A DNA stretch of 64,000 bases from IMG/VR virus record IMGVR_UViG_3300025834_000005, one strand, 5' to 3'. Shown piece after piece: positions 24,092-32,259 of the stretch. The translations under genes were made by a program, and so were the position numbers. The notes under the pieces are model-generated. The model was given only the letters and a program-made list of their open reading frames with translations. It did not search any database and was not told the origin of the DNA. Numbering within the stretch: the first letter of the stretch is position 1; each line of letters starts with the position of its first letter. This stretch comes from a virus.

Positions 24092-25179
24092 TAATCCTCT
24101 GTTGATATATCGTTAATCTCTTTTGATTCGAATGTGATATCGTCAGCTGTCATTGAATCGTCATTAAAGATATTCCTGAAATATAGAATATTTTTCTTCT
24201 TATACGCTTCAACGCCATCCTTGTAGATAAATCCATGAGGGGTTGAAATTACTTTCCCTTCCATAGAAATGCCACCCAAATCTCCGTCGACGTGATTTTT
24301 TGCAACGTTTACTCTCGCCTCAATACCATAATGGATTGTACGACCCTTGCTAATCGCTGAAATCTTACTTGTTCCGTGAGCAGCGATACCACCGAAGTGA
24401 TAAATAAGCCTTGAACCGAAATAAAATGTTTCTCCGCCTTTATGTTTAACGCCTCCGCCATTCATATTATCAATCCAAATTTTCTGGATAGCGATAACAG
24501 TGTTTGTGAATTCTTTATCAACCTTCCTACTATTTGGAATAGTATTGTTCAAGAAAGATAAGAAACTCTTTTCATAAGCATTAGCATTCCACATATTATT
24601 CTGTGAAGTTTCTTTAACCTGTGCATTAATCGTAGCATTACAGTTAAGCGTTCCGATTGAGTCGATAGCAAATACTATGTTACGTGGTAACAAGCCAGCT
24701 TCCTGATCATCAACGAATGAATACATACATTTAGCTAAGTCTTCAATTGAAGCCTCTCTACGGTCTTTATCTTGTTTCTTACCAAAGTTTTCAAGTAAAT
24801 ATTCATTATCAATTAAGATAAATTCGCCATCTAAGTCAAAACCCATTTTTGCGAGTCTTTCCATACCCATGTTATTCTCAGTATCGATAATAATTACCAA
24901 ATCACCGTCTTTTTGGGCTGAAACAATACCTTCGCATAATGCTGTAGACTTGCCTGTATTCGAAAATCCCCTACAAAGATTAACATAACCTTTCGCAAAT
25001 CCTGGCAATCCTGTCGCAGTTTCTAAGGCTGCTGACGATTTAATCCAGTATAAAGGCTTATCTGGAACATCTTCACATCCCTTTTTCTTTTTGAAATCAT
25101 TCAGCGAAAAATCTTTTTTTGCCGTAGGTTTTCTCACCGCTATATTAGGCGGTACTACATTTGCATCCTTCTCTTTCAT
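24091..25179 (-). CDS. RecA/UvsX-like recombinase (RecA-superfamily ATPase)
   Basis: GYVNLCRGFSNTGKSTALCEGIVSAQKDGDLVIIIDTENNMGMERLAKMGFD parallels the RecA Walker A region through the ...fiDaE... segment. Walker B is VFAIDSIG. Confidence 0.7.
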   Translation of the reverse strand: MKEKDANVVPPNIAVRKPTAKKDFSLNDFKKKKGCEDVPDKPLYWIKSSAALETATGLPGFAKGYVNLCRGFSNTGKSTALCEGIVSAQKDGDLVIIIDTENNMGMERLAKMGFDLDGEFILIDNEYLLENFGKKQDKDRREASIEDLAKCMYSFVDDQEAGLLPRNIVFAIDSIGTLNCNATINAQVKETSQNNMWNANAYEKSFLSFLNNTIPNSRKVDKEFTNTVIAIQKIWIDNMNGGGVKHKGGETFYFGSRLIYHFGGIAAHGTSKISAISKGRTIHYGIEARVNVAKNHVDGDLGGISMEGKVISTPHGFIYKDGVEAYKKKNILYFRNIFNDDSMTADDITFESKEINDISTED

Positions 25180-25200
25180 ATTATATATTATTTGTGTTTA

Positions 25201-25233
25201 ATAACATGGGATATTATTAGTATCCCATGTTAT
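25201..25233 (-). other. Perfect 13-bp inverted repeat between the SSB and RecA-like genes (no U-tract)
   Basis: ATAACATGGGATA-ttattag-TATCCCATGTTAT. It is not followed by a T-run on either strand, so it is more likely an RNA processing or regulatory hairpin than a classical terminator. Confidence 0.4.
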
Positions 25234-25239
25234 ATTTTA

Positions 25240-26487
25240 TTAAAACGGAAGTCCGTTCATTTCATCGTCATCGCCTTGGTCGTTTTCAGATGATTCCTGT
25301 TCATTTTTTACAACTGTGTTAGCTGAGGGGATAACTGAGGGAATAACTGAGGGAATAACTTCGGCTAATTTTTCAGCTTTAGGCTGTGTTGCTTCCTGTT
25401 CTTTAATCAAAGCAGCGGCAACATCTAAAGAGTTGTCAACATATGTGCCAACATCTTGTTTTGTTACGTTGCTAATGTTTACGCCATCCTCAATATCAGA
25501 AGCGTGTTGGAAGTTTTCGTCATCCGAATCATCGCTAAGTTTTCTTGTATTAGCCAATACCTCAAGATCAGGATGATTAGGGAATACCCAATGTTTATGT
25601 TCAGGGTCAGTATCTTCCCAATATGGACTGTTTCCCTCAACAATAAGTTCTAAGAACTGTGCAGCTGTAATTGCTGGTGCATTTTTAGGTTTAAATACTT
25701 CTCTCCATGTGATCGTATCGTCGAGCCATTGCTGTGCTACAATAGGGTCTGCATGTAAAGGAGATTTACCTTTTGTGGTGATAGCTGATACAGCTTTATA
25801 GGTGATACCCATAAATACGCTTTCGCCCATAGTGATTGAAATATCTGTACCGACATTTTCATCAGCGAAATGTACTTTATGCTGCTCACAGAAATCTTCA
25901 AGAGGTGGCATTAATTTGTCAAGAACGCCCTGATTCTTAAAGTTAAACTTAAATCTCCAGAATTTTACGCCATCTTTTTCCTGACCTTTGTCAATACCAC
26001 GAATAATATAAAATTGTTTCGCCTGCCATTGGGTCATTTCTTTGTAGAACTTGTCGTTAACCTCTCTGATGGCTGTTTGAGCAGGTGTCATGTTCTCCTT
26101 TTTAACGTATTTAATGGATTTATCCATTTTAGCCTCAGCTTTCTTAGCTTGATCACATAGAGGACAATAAGCTGGAATCATAACAGGATTACCGTTAAGG
26201 TCTAATACTGGATTACCATCTTTACCGATTTTCGGAACTGCTGGGTCATTGTGAGCTGGACAGTAAATAGTGCTGGTTTTCTTCAAGCCACCTTTAATGT
26301 TTACTGGAACTACGTGGAAGAATGCCGTTGCATAGAATAATTTACCTTTATAAGGTAAAATTCTAAAAATTTCTTTAGGCTTTCTTGGGACAAAATACTT
26401 GGCAAGTATTTCTTCTGCGGTTTTCTTTTTGTTCGTGCCTTGATTTTTTTGGTAATCAGCGAACATTTGTTTCAAATCATTTTCCAT
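25240..26487 (-). CDS. Single-stranded DNA-binding protein, gp32-like
   Basis: 415 aa. Candidate Zn ligands CPAH...CPLC, as in T4 gp32. Acidic C-terminal tail ending DDDEMNGLPF (compare the bacterial SSB tip DDDIPF). Located in the replication/recombination module. Confidence 0.7.
   Translation of the reverse strand: MENDLKQMFADYQKNQGTNKKKTAEEILAKYFVPRKPKEIFRILPYKGKLFYATAFFHVVPVNIKGGLKKTSTIYCPAHNDPAVPKIGKDGNPVLDLNGNPVMIPAYCPLCDQAKKAEAKMDKSIKYVKKENMTPAQTAIREVNDKFYKEMTQWQAKQFYIIRGIDKGQEKDGVKFWRFKFNFKNQGVLDKLMPPLEDFCEQHKVHFADENVGTDISITMGESVFMGITYKAVSAITTKGKSPLHADPIVAQQWLDDTITWREVFKPKNAPAITAAQFLELIVEGNSPYWEDTDPEHKHWVFPNHPDLEVLANTRKLSDDSDDENFQHASDIEDGVNISNVTKQDVGTYVDNSLDVAAALIKEQEATQPKAEKLAEVIPSVIPSVIPSANTVVKNEQESSENDQGDDDEMNGLPF
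25323..25360 (-). repeat. 12-bp in-frame tandem repeat (about 3 copies) encoding (VIPS)3 in the SSB C-terminal linker
   Basis: The plus strand reads ctgaggggataa ctgagggaataa ctgagggaataa. The protein reads EVIPSVIPSVIPSAN. Confidence 0.8.
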
Positions 26488-26590
26488 TTTTTTGATATTA
26501 CAATTTATTACTTATTTTTCAATTTTTGTTACAATTTTTGTTTCAGTACTTGTTTACTTTATACAAAAAATAAACTTATTTGAATTGATA

Positions 26591-26598
26591 CAAAGGTA
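26591..26598 (-). promoter_or_regulatory. Candidate host-type -7 box (TACCTTTG) upstream of the SSB gene
   Basis: The minus strand reads gTATTACCTTTGtatc, about 100 nt upstream of the SSB ATG (26487). This would give a long A-rich leader. Confidence 0.35.
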
Positions 26599-26632
26599 AT
26601 ACTTTTTTATCAATTAGCAACTAATTTATTTT

Positions 26633-27988
26633 TTATTTCTTAATAATTCTAAATTTAACAACATTTTTTACAACGCTATTATTTCCAGATATTTGTTTAA
26701 TCTTTAAATAATAATCTTGAGGTATTAACCATGAGGTATTTAAATCAATCGAAAATTCGCTACCGATTTTATTCACCTTTGTGAATGGTATTATTTCAAG
26801 TTGTGCGTCCACACCTATTTGGGTGAATATGCCATACTCGAATTTTAAATCAGTCTTTTTCGACGGATAAAGGTCTCTCGTTTGTAATACAACATGTCTA
26901 AGATCGCCCTGTGTTATAACCTCATTTTCAAGAAGTCCATTGATACTAACGTAATAGTTATCGATATTCACAGTACTCTGATATAAATACTCAGAAAAAG
27001 ATTTTAAGTAGAATTTATTCTTAATTTTACTTGATTTTCCATTAATAATTACATTCCATTCATCATGAAATATAACGGCATCAGGGTAGTTAGTTGAACT
27101 CACAGCAATGTCAATTTTATATAAACCTTTGGTGATTGTTGTCACATTAGTACCAGATATATTATTGATTAATACGTTCTGGTAATCGTAAATATTTACG
27201 CTATCTATTGTAACACTATCACTTATATTTCTAAGGTCTAAATATAATGAATTATTCTTATCAAGATAGAAAGAGCTACGATCATCATCAACAAGATAGT
27301 TGAATTTAGTCTCAACATAAGGTACGTAATATGTGTTAGTGTCTTTGGCGTGAAATGCCACTGACTGCATATTAGTGGTAGTTCCAGTTTCGATAACATC
27401 CGAATATTTAATACCTAATCCGTATGAAACATCGGTATTATCAATAATTGAGTTAACATAATCTGTGATATCAATATCAATATCCTCAGTTCCGTTATCA
27501 AAGTCTTGATAGCCTATAACATCGCTACTATTACCGCTAAATGATCCACTGTTATTCCAAGGCTCTCCATTTTTTGCATTATTCCAATTACAAAGTTCAT
27601 CATTTGGTTTTAATTGATTTAAAATATCGAGGTTAAAATCATATTTATTTCCATCAAACCAATCCTGATTAATCTTGAAGAATTCAAGTCTAAAGCTTGA
27701 TGAACGCTGCATATCCAGTAAATATGTTCTTTTGCCTGCGTATTGTGCTGCATTTCTTATCGTATTTGTTAAATGCAAAGTATGACTCGAAATATCGCTT
27801 CTTATGTATGTGCCATCGCTAATTGACGATAATAAGTTGGTAAGGTCAATACTAAAAACGAAACGTGTAATCATGTTATTAACTCCGCCATGAATTAACT
27901 CAGTCACAGGGTTTTTGGCATTATTACTGTTATTAACATTAATTAATGTATCATTCTTACTAAAATATGATCTAAATTTTGCGGACAT
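26633..27988 (-). CDS. Hypothetical beta-rich protein, possible DNRLRE-like glycan-binding domain
   Basis: 451 aa. The N-terminal pattern ...ITRFVFSIDLTNL...SHTLHLTN...FRLEFFKINQDWFDGN...CNWNNAKNGEPWNNSG resembles the DNRLRE domain signature. Last gene of a late-motif operon. Confidence 0.35.
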   Translation of the reverse strand: MSAKFRSYFSKNDTLINVNNSNNAKNPVTELIHGGVNNMITRFVFSIDLTNLLSSISDGTYIRSDISSHTLHLTNTIRNAAQYAGKRTYLLDMQRSSSFRLEFFKINQDWFDGNKYDFNLDILNQLKPNDELCNWNNAKNGEPWNNSGSFSGNSSDVIGYQDFDNGTEDIDIDITDYVNSIIDNTDVSYGLGIKYSDVIETGTTTNMQSVAFHAKDTNTYYVPYVETKFNYLVDDDRSSFYLDKNNSLYLDLRNISDSVTIDSVNIYDYQNVLINNISGTNVTTITKGLYKIDIAVSSTNYPDAVIFHDEWNVIINGKSSKIKNKFYLKSFSEYLYQSTVNIDNYYVSINGLLENEVITQGDLRHVVLQTRDLYPSKKTDLKFEYGIFTQIGVDAQLEIIPFTKVNKIGSEFSIDLNTSWLIPQDYYLKIKQISGNNSVVKNVVKFRIIKK

Positions 27989-28012
27989 TCTTTTTATATT
28001 AATTTAAAATGC

Positions 28013-28438
28013 TTATTTTAAAGGGAAATTGCTGCCGAGTTTATTAGACTTAAATCCTAACAATACATCAGTTAACTGATCATCGTCAGATTTTTCAACC
28101 TCTTCAGGCTTATTAGTGTCAACCATTGCTTGACACTGAGCCATTTCTTCGGGATTCTCATCCGTACCATAGTATTTAGGGTCTTCTGTTAAATGATCAA
28201 ACACAATATCCAATGCAACCATAGGGTCTGAGGCATGTTCTCTTTCAACTGAAAGACCTTTTTTTATCTGATCTCTACTGAATTTAGATATATCAGCATT
28301 ATCGCCTTTTCCGCCATGAATCTCATCGCCAATAGCCTCTTTATCATCAATGATAGAATCAACTGTTTCTTCCTTGAGTGGCATACCAGCGACTTTATTC
28401 ATCATTTCCATTAAGGTATATCTTTTTATATTACTCAT
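28013..28438 (-). CDS. Hypothetical conserved small phage protein (E-R-E-H ... DHL..DP.YY motif)
   Basis: 141 aa. LSVEREHASDPMVALDIVFDHLTEDPKYY is a motif I recall from a phage DUF family. Overlaps the upstream HExxH gene by 8 nt. Confidence 0.4.
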   Translation of the reverse strand: MSNIKRYTLMEMMNKVAGMPLKEETVDSIIDDKEAIGDEIHGGKGDNADISKFSRDQIKKGLSVEREHASDPMVALDIVFDHLTEDPKYYGTDENPEEMAQCQAMVDTNKPEEVEKSDDDQLTDVLLGFKSNKLGSNFPLK

Positions 28439-28850
28439 AAATTTCGTCGTTTATCTTACCAAATTCTCTTAATAATACGCCAGCTGTGGCATTTGCATCG
28501 TTTTCCTCATCACTACCTGTTTCGCCAGACTGTGCATTAATCTTACCTTGAAGATTTTGCTCGTGATGCGTTAATTCATGTCCTAACGTTCTTAAAATAT
28601 CAGCCAAGTTCCTATTTGCGCCAACAATACTGATAGTCATATCATAAGGAGAGTATCCACCAAACGAATGCATTTTTTTAGCTTCACCATCAGCATAAGT
28701 AATTTCGATTTTAGGTATGTTACCGCCTAAACCCAATCTCTTATCGGCAAAGGTAATAAATTCTTTGATTATTACATCCCTTTTATCCTGATCGCTATCT
28801 AATTTAATATTATTAACTTTTTCGAATATTTCAAATAGTTTATTCTTCAT
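28431..28850 (-). CDS. Putative small Zn-metallopeptidase (HExxH)
   Basis: 139 aa. LRTLGHELTHHEQN contains HELTH (HExxH), followed by an acidic region with a candidate third ligand. Confidence 0.5.
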   Translation of the reverse strand: MKNKLFEIFEKVNNIKLDSDQDKRDVIIKEFITFADKRLGLGGNIPKIEITYADGEAKKMHSFGGYSPYDMTISIVGANRNLADILRTLGHELTHHEQNLQGKINAQSGETGSDEENDANATAGVLLREFGKINDEIYE

Positions 28851-28853
28851 TTT

Positions 28854-29522
28854 TTACGTTAATCTATTGAAACTGTCTTTTATGTCATCGCTTTCAGGGA
28901 GATCATCAAAATTAGCTGCAAATGTACCATCCTCAAGCTCTTTAATACCTTTATCCTGATTATTTCTATCGAACCACGAATCAGACCAAAAGTCATTTAA
29001 ATTGAAGTAATAAGGGTATGAAACTTTAGATTTACTCATAAGTTTCTCAGAATTTGTAGGTTCTCTAACTTCCTCAACATCTGTATTTAAAACATCGAGT
29101 TTACCATTGATTTGATTAACAAAATTACTAAGGCTCTCCATTTGGTCATGGATTGATTTCATAGCAATTATATTACTTTTTATAATCTCATTCTGTAAAG
29201 AATTAACATCAGCCACAGGCTCTTGCGATACTGGCGGCATTGCCATTGGCTCAGGTGTTACCTGATCTTCTGGAGCTACTTGCTCAGGTTGTTCAGCTGG
29301 AGCACCTTCTGCTGGTGGTAGTTCTTCGGCTGGTGGCATATCAGGTTTTAAACCTTTTTGTGCTTCTTCACCTTCTTCATTAGATTCCTCATATAATTCA
29401 TCTGGTAAATTGTCAAACTCGTCATCATTACCCATTACCGATTTATATCTCGGAGATTCGCTTACGACATAAGTCATCTTATGGATCATTTTATCCAAAT
29501 TAGTAATAAGTTGTTTTTTCAT
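28854..29522 (-). CDS. Hypothetical acidic, Pro/Glu-rich protein
   Basis: 222 aa. Low-complexity segment PPAEELPPAEGAPAEQPEQVAPEDQVTPEP followed by a coiled coil. Confidence 0.5.
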   Translation of the reverse strand: MKKQLITNLDKMIHKMTYVVSESPRYKSVMGNDDEFDNLPDELYEESNEEGEEAQKGLKPDMPPAEELPPAEGAPAEQPEQVAPEDQVTPEPMAMPPVSQEPVADVNSLQNEIIKSNIIAMKSIHDQMESLSNFVNQINGKLDVLNTDVEEVREPTNSEKLMSKSKVSYPYYFNLNDFWSDSWFDRNNQDKGIKELEDGTFAANFDDLPESDDIKDSFNRLT

Positions 29523-29532
29523 ATCTCGACTA

Positions 29533-29709
29533 TTAGTATTGTTCTCTCAATAATTGACGTCCATCTTCAACAAGGTACACTTTATCAACTCTTTCGATAA
29601 TTGAAAAGTTATTCTGAAGTATTACTTCTTTTTTGTTTTTCTTTTGAAGTTCTGTCATGCTTTCGTCTTCCATGAAGTTATCTAAAGCATTTCCTAAATC
29701 TTTATTCAT
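29533..29709 (-). CDS. Hypothetical small protein
   Basis: I place the start at M16 of the track ORF (MNKDLGN..., ATG at 29709), because a GTATTTATAT motif (29724-29733) lies 14 nt upstream, inside the longer track ORF. Confidence 0.45.
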   Translation of the reverse strand: MNKDLGNALDNFMEDESMTELQKKNKKEVILQNNFSIIERVDKVYLVEDGRQLLREQY

Positions 29710-29723
29710 AGCAATATATTTTA

Positions 29724-29733
29724 ATATAAATAC
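29724..29733 (-). promoter_or_regulatory. Phage-specific (late-type) promoter motif GTATTTATAT
   Basis: Exact 10-mer, 14 nt upstream of the ATG at 29709, in a 34-nt intergenic gap. Confidence 0.55.
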
Positions 29734-29743
29734 TACAAGATAT

Positions 29744-30373
29744 TTATTTGGCAATTATGGTGACAATAAATCTTTTAAGTAAGTCGAATCCGTTGTATAT
29801 CTTATAATAACTCATATAAATATTTCCGTCAAAATCATCAATATATTCGTCACATCTATTTAATAGTTCAATACTAAATATGTCGAGATCAAATTTCAAA
29901 TAATTAAGTAGTTTTAAATTAACGCCAATAATCTCATTTTCGATTACCATATATAAACACTCATTTTTATATTTATAAATTCTATCGATTTTGTTAGGTA
30001 AAACGGATAAAAAATCATTAACGTTATGAATATTAAGGTATGTTGGGTCAAAATTAGTATAATTGAATCTTGAGGAGAAATATAATTCAGGTGCTTTATC
30101 AACAAAACCATTTACGCCAATAATACTCATAGACTTATACTCATTAAATGAAAATTCCCAATATAATTTATTAGGGATAATGCATTTACTTAAAATATCT
30201 GCGTTTATAATTATGTTATCATCATTACATGATTTCATAAATTTCCAGCCAACATATAATGTGGGTAAAGTTCTGTCAATATCTGTGTAACTAACAGGCT
30301 TCTGAATATAGTTTATATACTCAACTTGTGTGTGGTTCACAAGATTCTCGTAAACCACATTTGCGATTTTCAT
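29744..30373 (-). CDS. Hypothetical protein
   Basis: 209-aa ORF downstream of the GT2 gene. No motif recognised. Confidence 0.5.
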   Translation of the reverse strand: MKIANVVYENLVNHTQVEYINYIQKPVSYTDIDRTLPTLYVGWKFMKSCNDDNIIINADILSKCIIPNKLYWEFSFNEYKSMSIIGVNGFVDKAPELYFSSRFNYTNFDPTYLNIHNVNDFLSVLPNKIDRIYKYKNECLYMVIENEIIGVNLKLLNYLKFDLDIFSIELLNRCDEYIDDFDGNIYMSYYKIYNGFDLLKRFIVTIIAK

Positions 30374-30391
30374 AAATTCATTACTAAAAGG

Positions 30392-31894
30392 TTAAACAAC
30401 ATTGAAAAACTCGCCCAATATAAGTTTATTTTCGTTATAAAAAGGAACGAGGGTATTATAATAATCCTTATTCAAATTTTTTAATTTATTCTCGTTTTTA
30501 TTTCGTGATACAGACTCAAGATGATATGCCACAGAATCGCATGCTGTTATATTTTTCAAGCCACTTATTAAGCATTTAAAGTTTAGTTCAACATCCTCAA
30601 AACATTCAATATAGTTTTCATTAAATTGTCCGAGAAAATTAAAAAGCTTTTTATTTATCATTAAAAACGCACCTGTATTACCAATCGATCTATAATTTAC
30701 ATGTGTTGAGTAATCATTTGTTTTATTCAAATCAACATGGGTGAGTCCTATATTGCCATTTTTATCTAATCTGGCATCGATTCCACAATGCTGGACAGAG
30801 CCATTTTCATAATGAAGTCTGATTCCAATAGTGCCTATAGCTCTACAATCTTCAAGATAAATTTGAACGCATCGACTTAATGCATCATTAAGCAGTTCAA
30901 TATCGTCATTACAAAATACAATAAGTTCTGTATCTTCTGATACATGATTCGTAACAACATCGTTATTAATCTTTGCAAAATTATAATAGTCGTATTTTAT
31001 AACACTAACATTATTAGTAATAAAATTGGTGTATTTATCGATTATTTCCTGATCACTACCTGTGTCAGCAATAATGATATTATAATTAAGGTAAAGAACA
31101 TTAAATTGCCATGACAATATATTATTTTTTAAGATTTCATAATTATTTTTTGTTGGTATAATTACGGTTACTTTAGGGTCTGTGTCTTTAGGTTTTATAT
31201 TTAAATCATCATACGATGGAGTAATTGACAAAGGTAGATCATCACCATATAACTTCACGAACTTCATTCTATTCTCGTCCCATTTAGGACTTGTCTGTCC
31301 CACAGATTTGTGAAGTATTCGTATTGTGGTAATAACGCCTATTTCAACATCGTTTAAATAGTTATCCAAACTGAATGAAATATCATAAAAATGAAACCCA
31401 TCAAATGTCTCGTTAAATCCTACGGTTTTGGATGGATCAACAGCCATAAAAACGCCATCAACTATAACAACATCCTGAATATTTTTAATAGGTGGTGAGA
31501 AATTACTAACCCATGTGTTAATTTCATCCGTATGTTCAACAATACCGAACATCGTATGTTTATCTTCCCACCATATACCAGACTTGGGCATTGACGTTGT
31601 TCCAGCTAAGCCTATAATACCGTAACCAGTGGTATTAAATTTAGCAAGCAATATTCGACCCCAATTGAGTGTCTTAAAAACAATGTCATTATGAATGAAG
31701 CATAAAATAGCATCTTTTGAGTTCGTCTCATCTAAAGCCCTATTATATAGTGACGTTAGTGAAAACTCATTAAAATTAGGAAAACATAATATTTCATGCT
31801 TTGAGCCTATCGTATTTTTAATATGCTGATCAAATGATCTATTAGTTGCATCATCATAATGCGATGAATATACCACAATAATTTTAGTCTTCAT
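30392..31894 (-). CDS. Glycosyltransferase family 2 (GT-A), two-domain
   Basis: 500 aa. The C-terminal half has KVTVIIPTKNNYEIL, ADTGSDQ and FCNDDIEL (DxD), which are classic GT2 motifs. The N-terminal half (KIIVVYSSHYDD..., VDGVFMAV) looks like a second GT-A-like domain. Confidence 0.7.
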   Translation of the reverse strand: MKTKIIVVYSSHYDDATNRSFDQHIKNTIGSKHEILCFPNFNEFSLTSLYNRALDETNSKDAILCFIHNDIVFKTLNWGRILLAKFNTTGYGIIGLAGTTSMPKSGIWWEDKHTMFGIVEHTDEINTWVSNFSPPIKNIQDVVIVDGVFMAVDPSKTVGFNETFDGFHFYDISFSLDNYLNDVEIGVITTIRILHKSVGQTSPKWDENRMKFVKLYGDDLPLSITPSYDDLNIKPKDTDPKVTVIIPTKNNYEILKNNILSWQFNVLYLNYNIIIADTGSDQEIIDKYTNFITNNVSVIKYDYYNFAKINNDVVTNHVSEDTELIVFCNDDIELLNDALSRCVQIYLEDCRAIGTIGIRLHYENGSVQHCGIDARLDKNGNIGLTHVDLNKTNDYSTHVNYRSIGNTGAFLMINKKLFNFLGQFNENYIECFEDVELNFKCLISGLKNITACDSVAYHLESVSRNKNENKLKNLNKDYYNTLVPFYNENKLILGEFFNVV

Positions 31895-31905
31895 TCTATT
31901 ATCTT

Positions 31906-31915
31906 TAAGAAATAC
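31906..31915 (-). promoter_or_regulatory. Variant of the late-type motif (GTATTTCTTA)
   Basis: Two mismatches to GTATTTATAT. It lies 11 nt upstream of the GT2 ATG (31894). Confidence 0.3.
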
Positions 31916-31950
31916 AAAATAAGACTAAATATTTCACATATGCAAGTAAT

Positions 31951-32259
31951 TTATCTATTATTTATAATAAATTGTTCATAGTCCGCTTTTGCTTTAGATA
32001 ATGGAAATGGGATTCGCACCAATTCTCCGTCAGGAATATCCCATTCACTTATATATATAGGATTTCCGTATAAGATCAGAAAATCGTAAAATGGATTACC
32101 ATAATATTTTTGAGCCAACTTATCATACCTATGTAGAGAAACATTCCAATATTCATATTTATCAGTCGTATTATTAGGTAATGTCACGAATGGTAACATT
32201 TCTGTTACACCATTCACAACATCTAAAAAAGCATATCTATCATAATCTTGTCTACTCAT
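31951..32259 (-). CDS. Small LysM-like tail/baseplate protein (P2 gpX / T4 gp53-like)
   Basis: 102 aa. YDKLAQKYYGNPFYDFLILYGNPIY...IPDGELVRIPFP follows the LysM-like pattern of phage tail protein X. 4-nt overlap with the upstream 999-aa structural gene. Confidence 0.4.
   Translation of the reverse strand: MSRQDYDRYAFLDVVNGVTEMLPFVTLPNNTTDKYEYWNVSLHRYDKLAQKYYGNPFYDFLILYGNPIYISEWDIPDGELVRIPFPLSKAKADYEQFIINNR

Noticed and set aside
26981-26990. Twelfth exact copy of the late motif (minus orientation) inside gene 26633-27988
   Set aside because: It lies within coding sequence (codons E-Y-L-Y) and no ATG follows within about 35 nt. One such chance occurrence is expected in AT-rich DNA. An internal promoter cannot be fully excluded.
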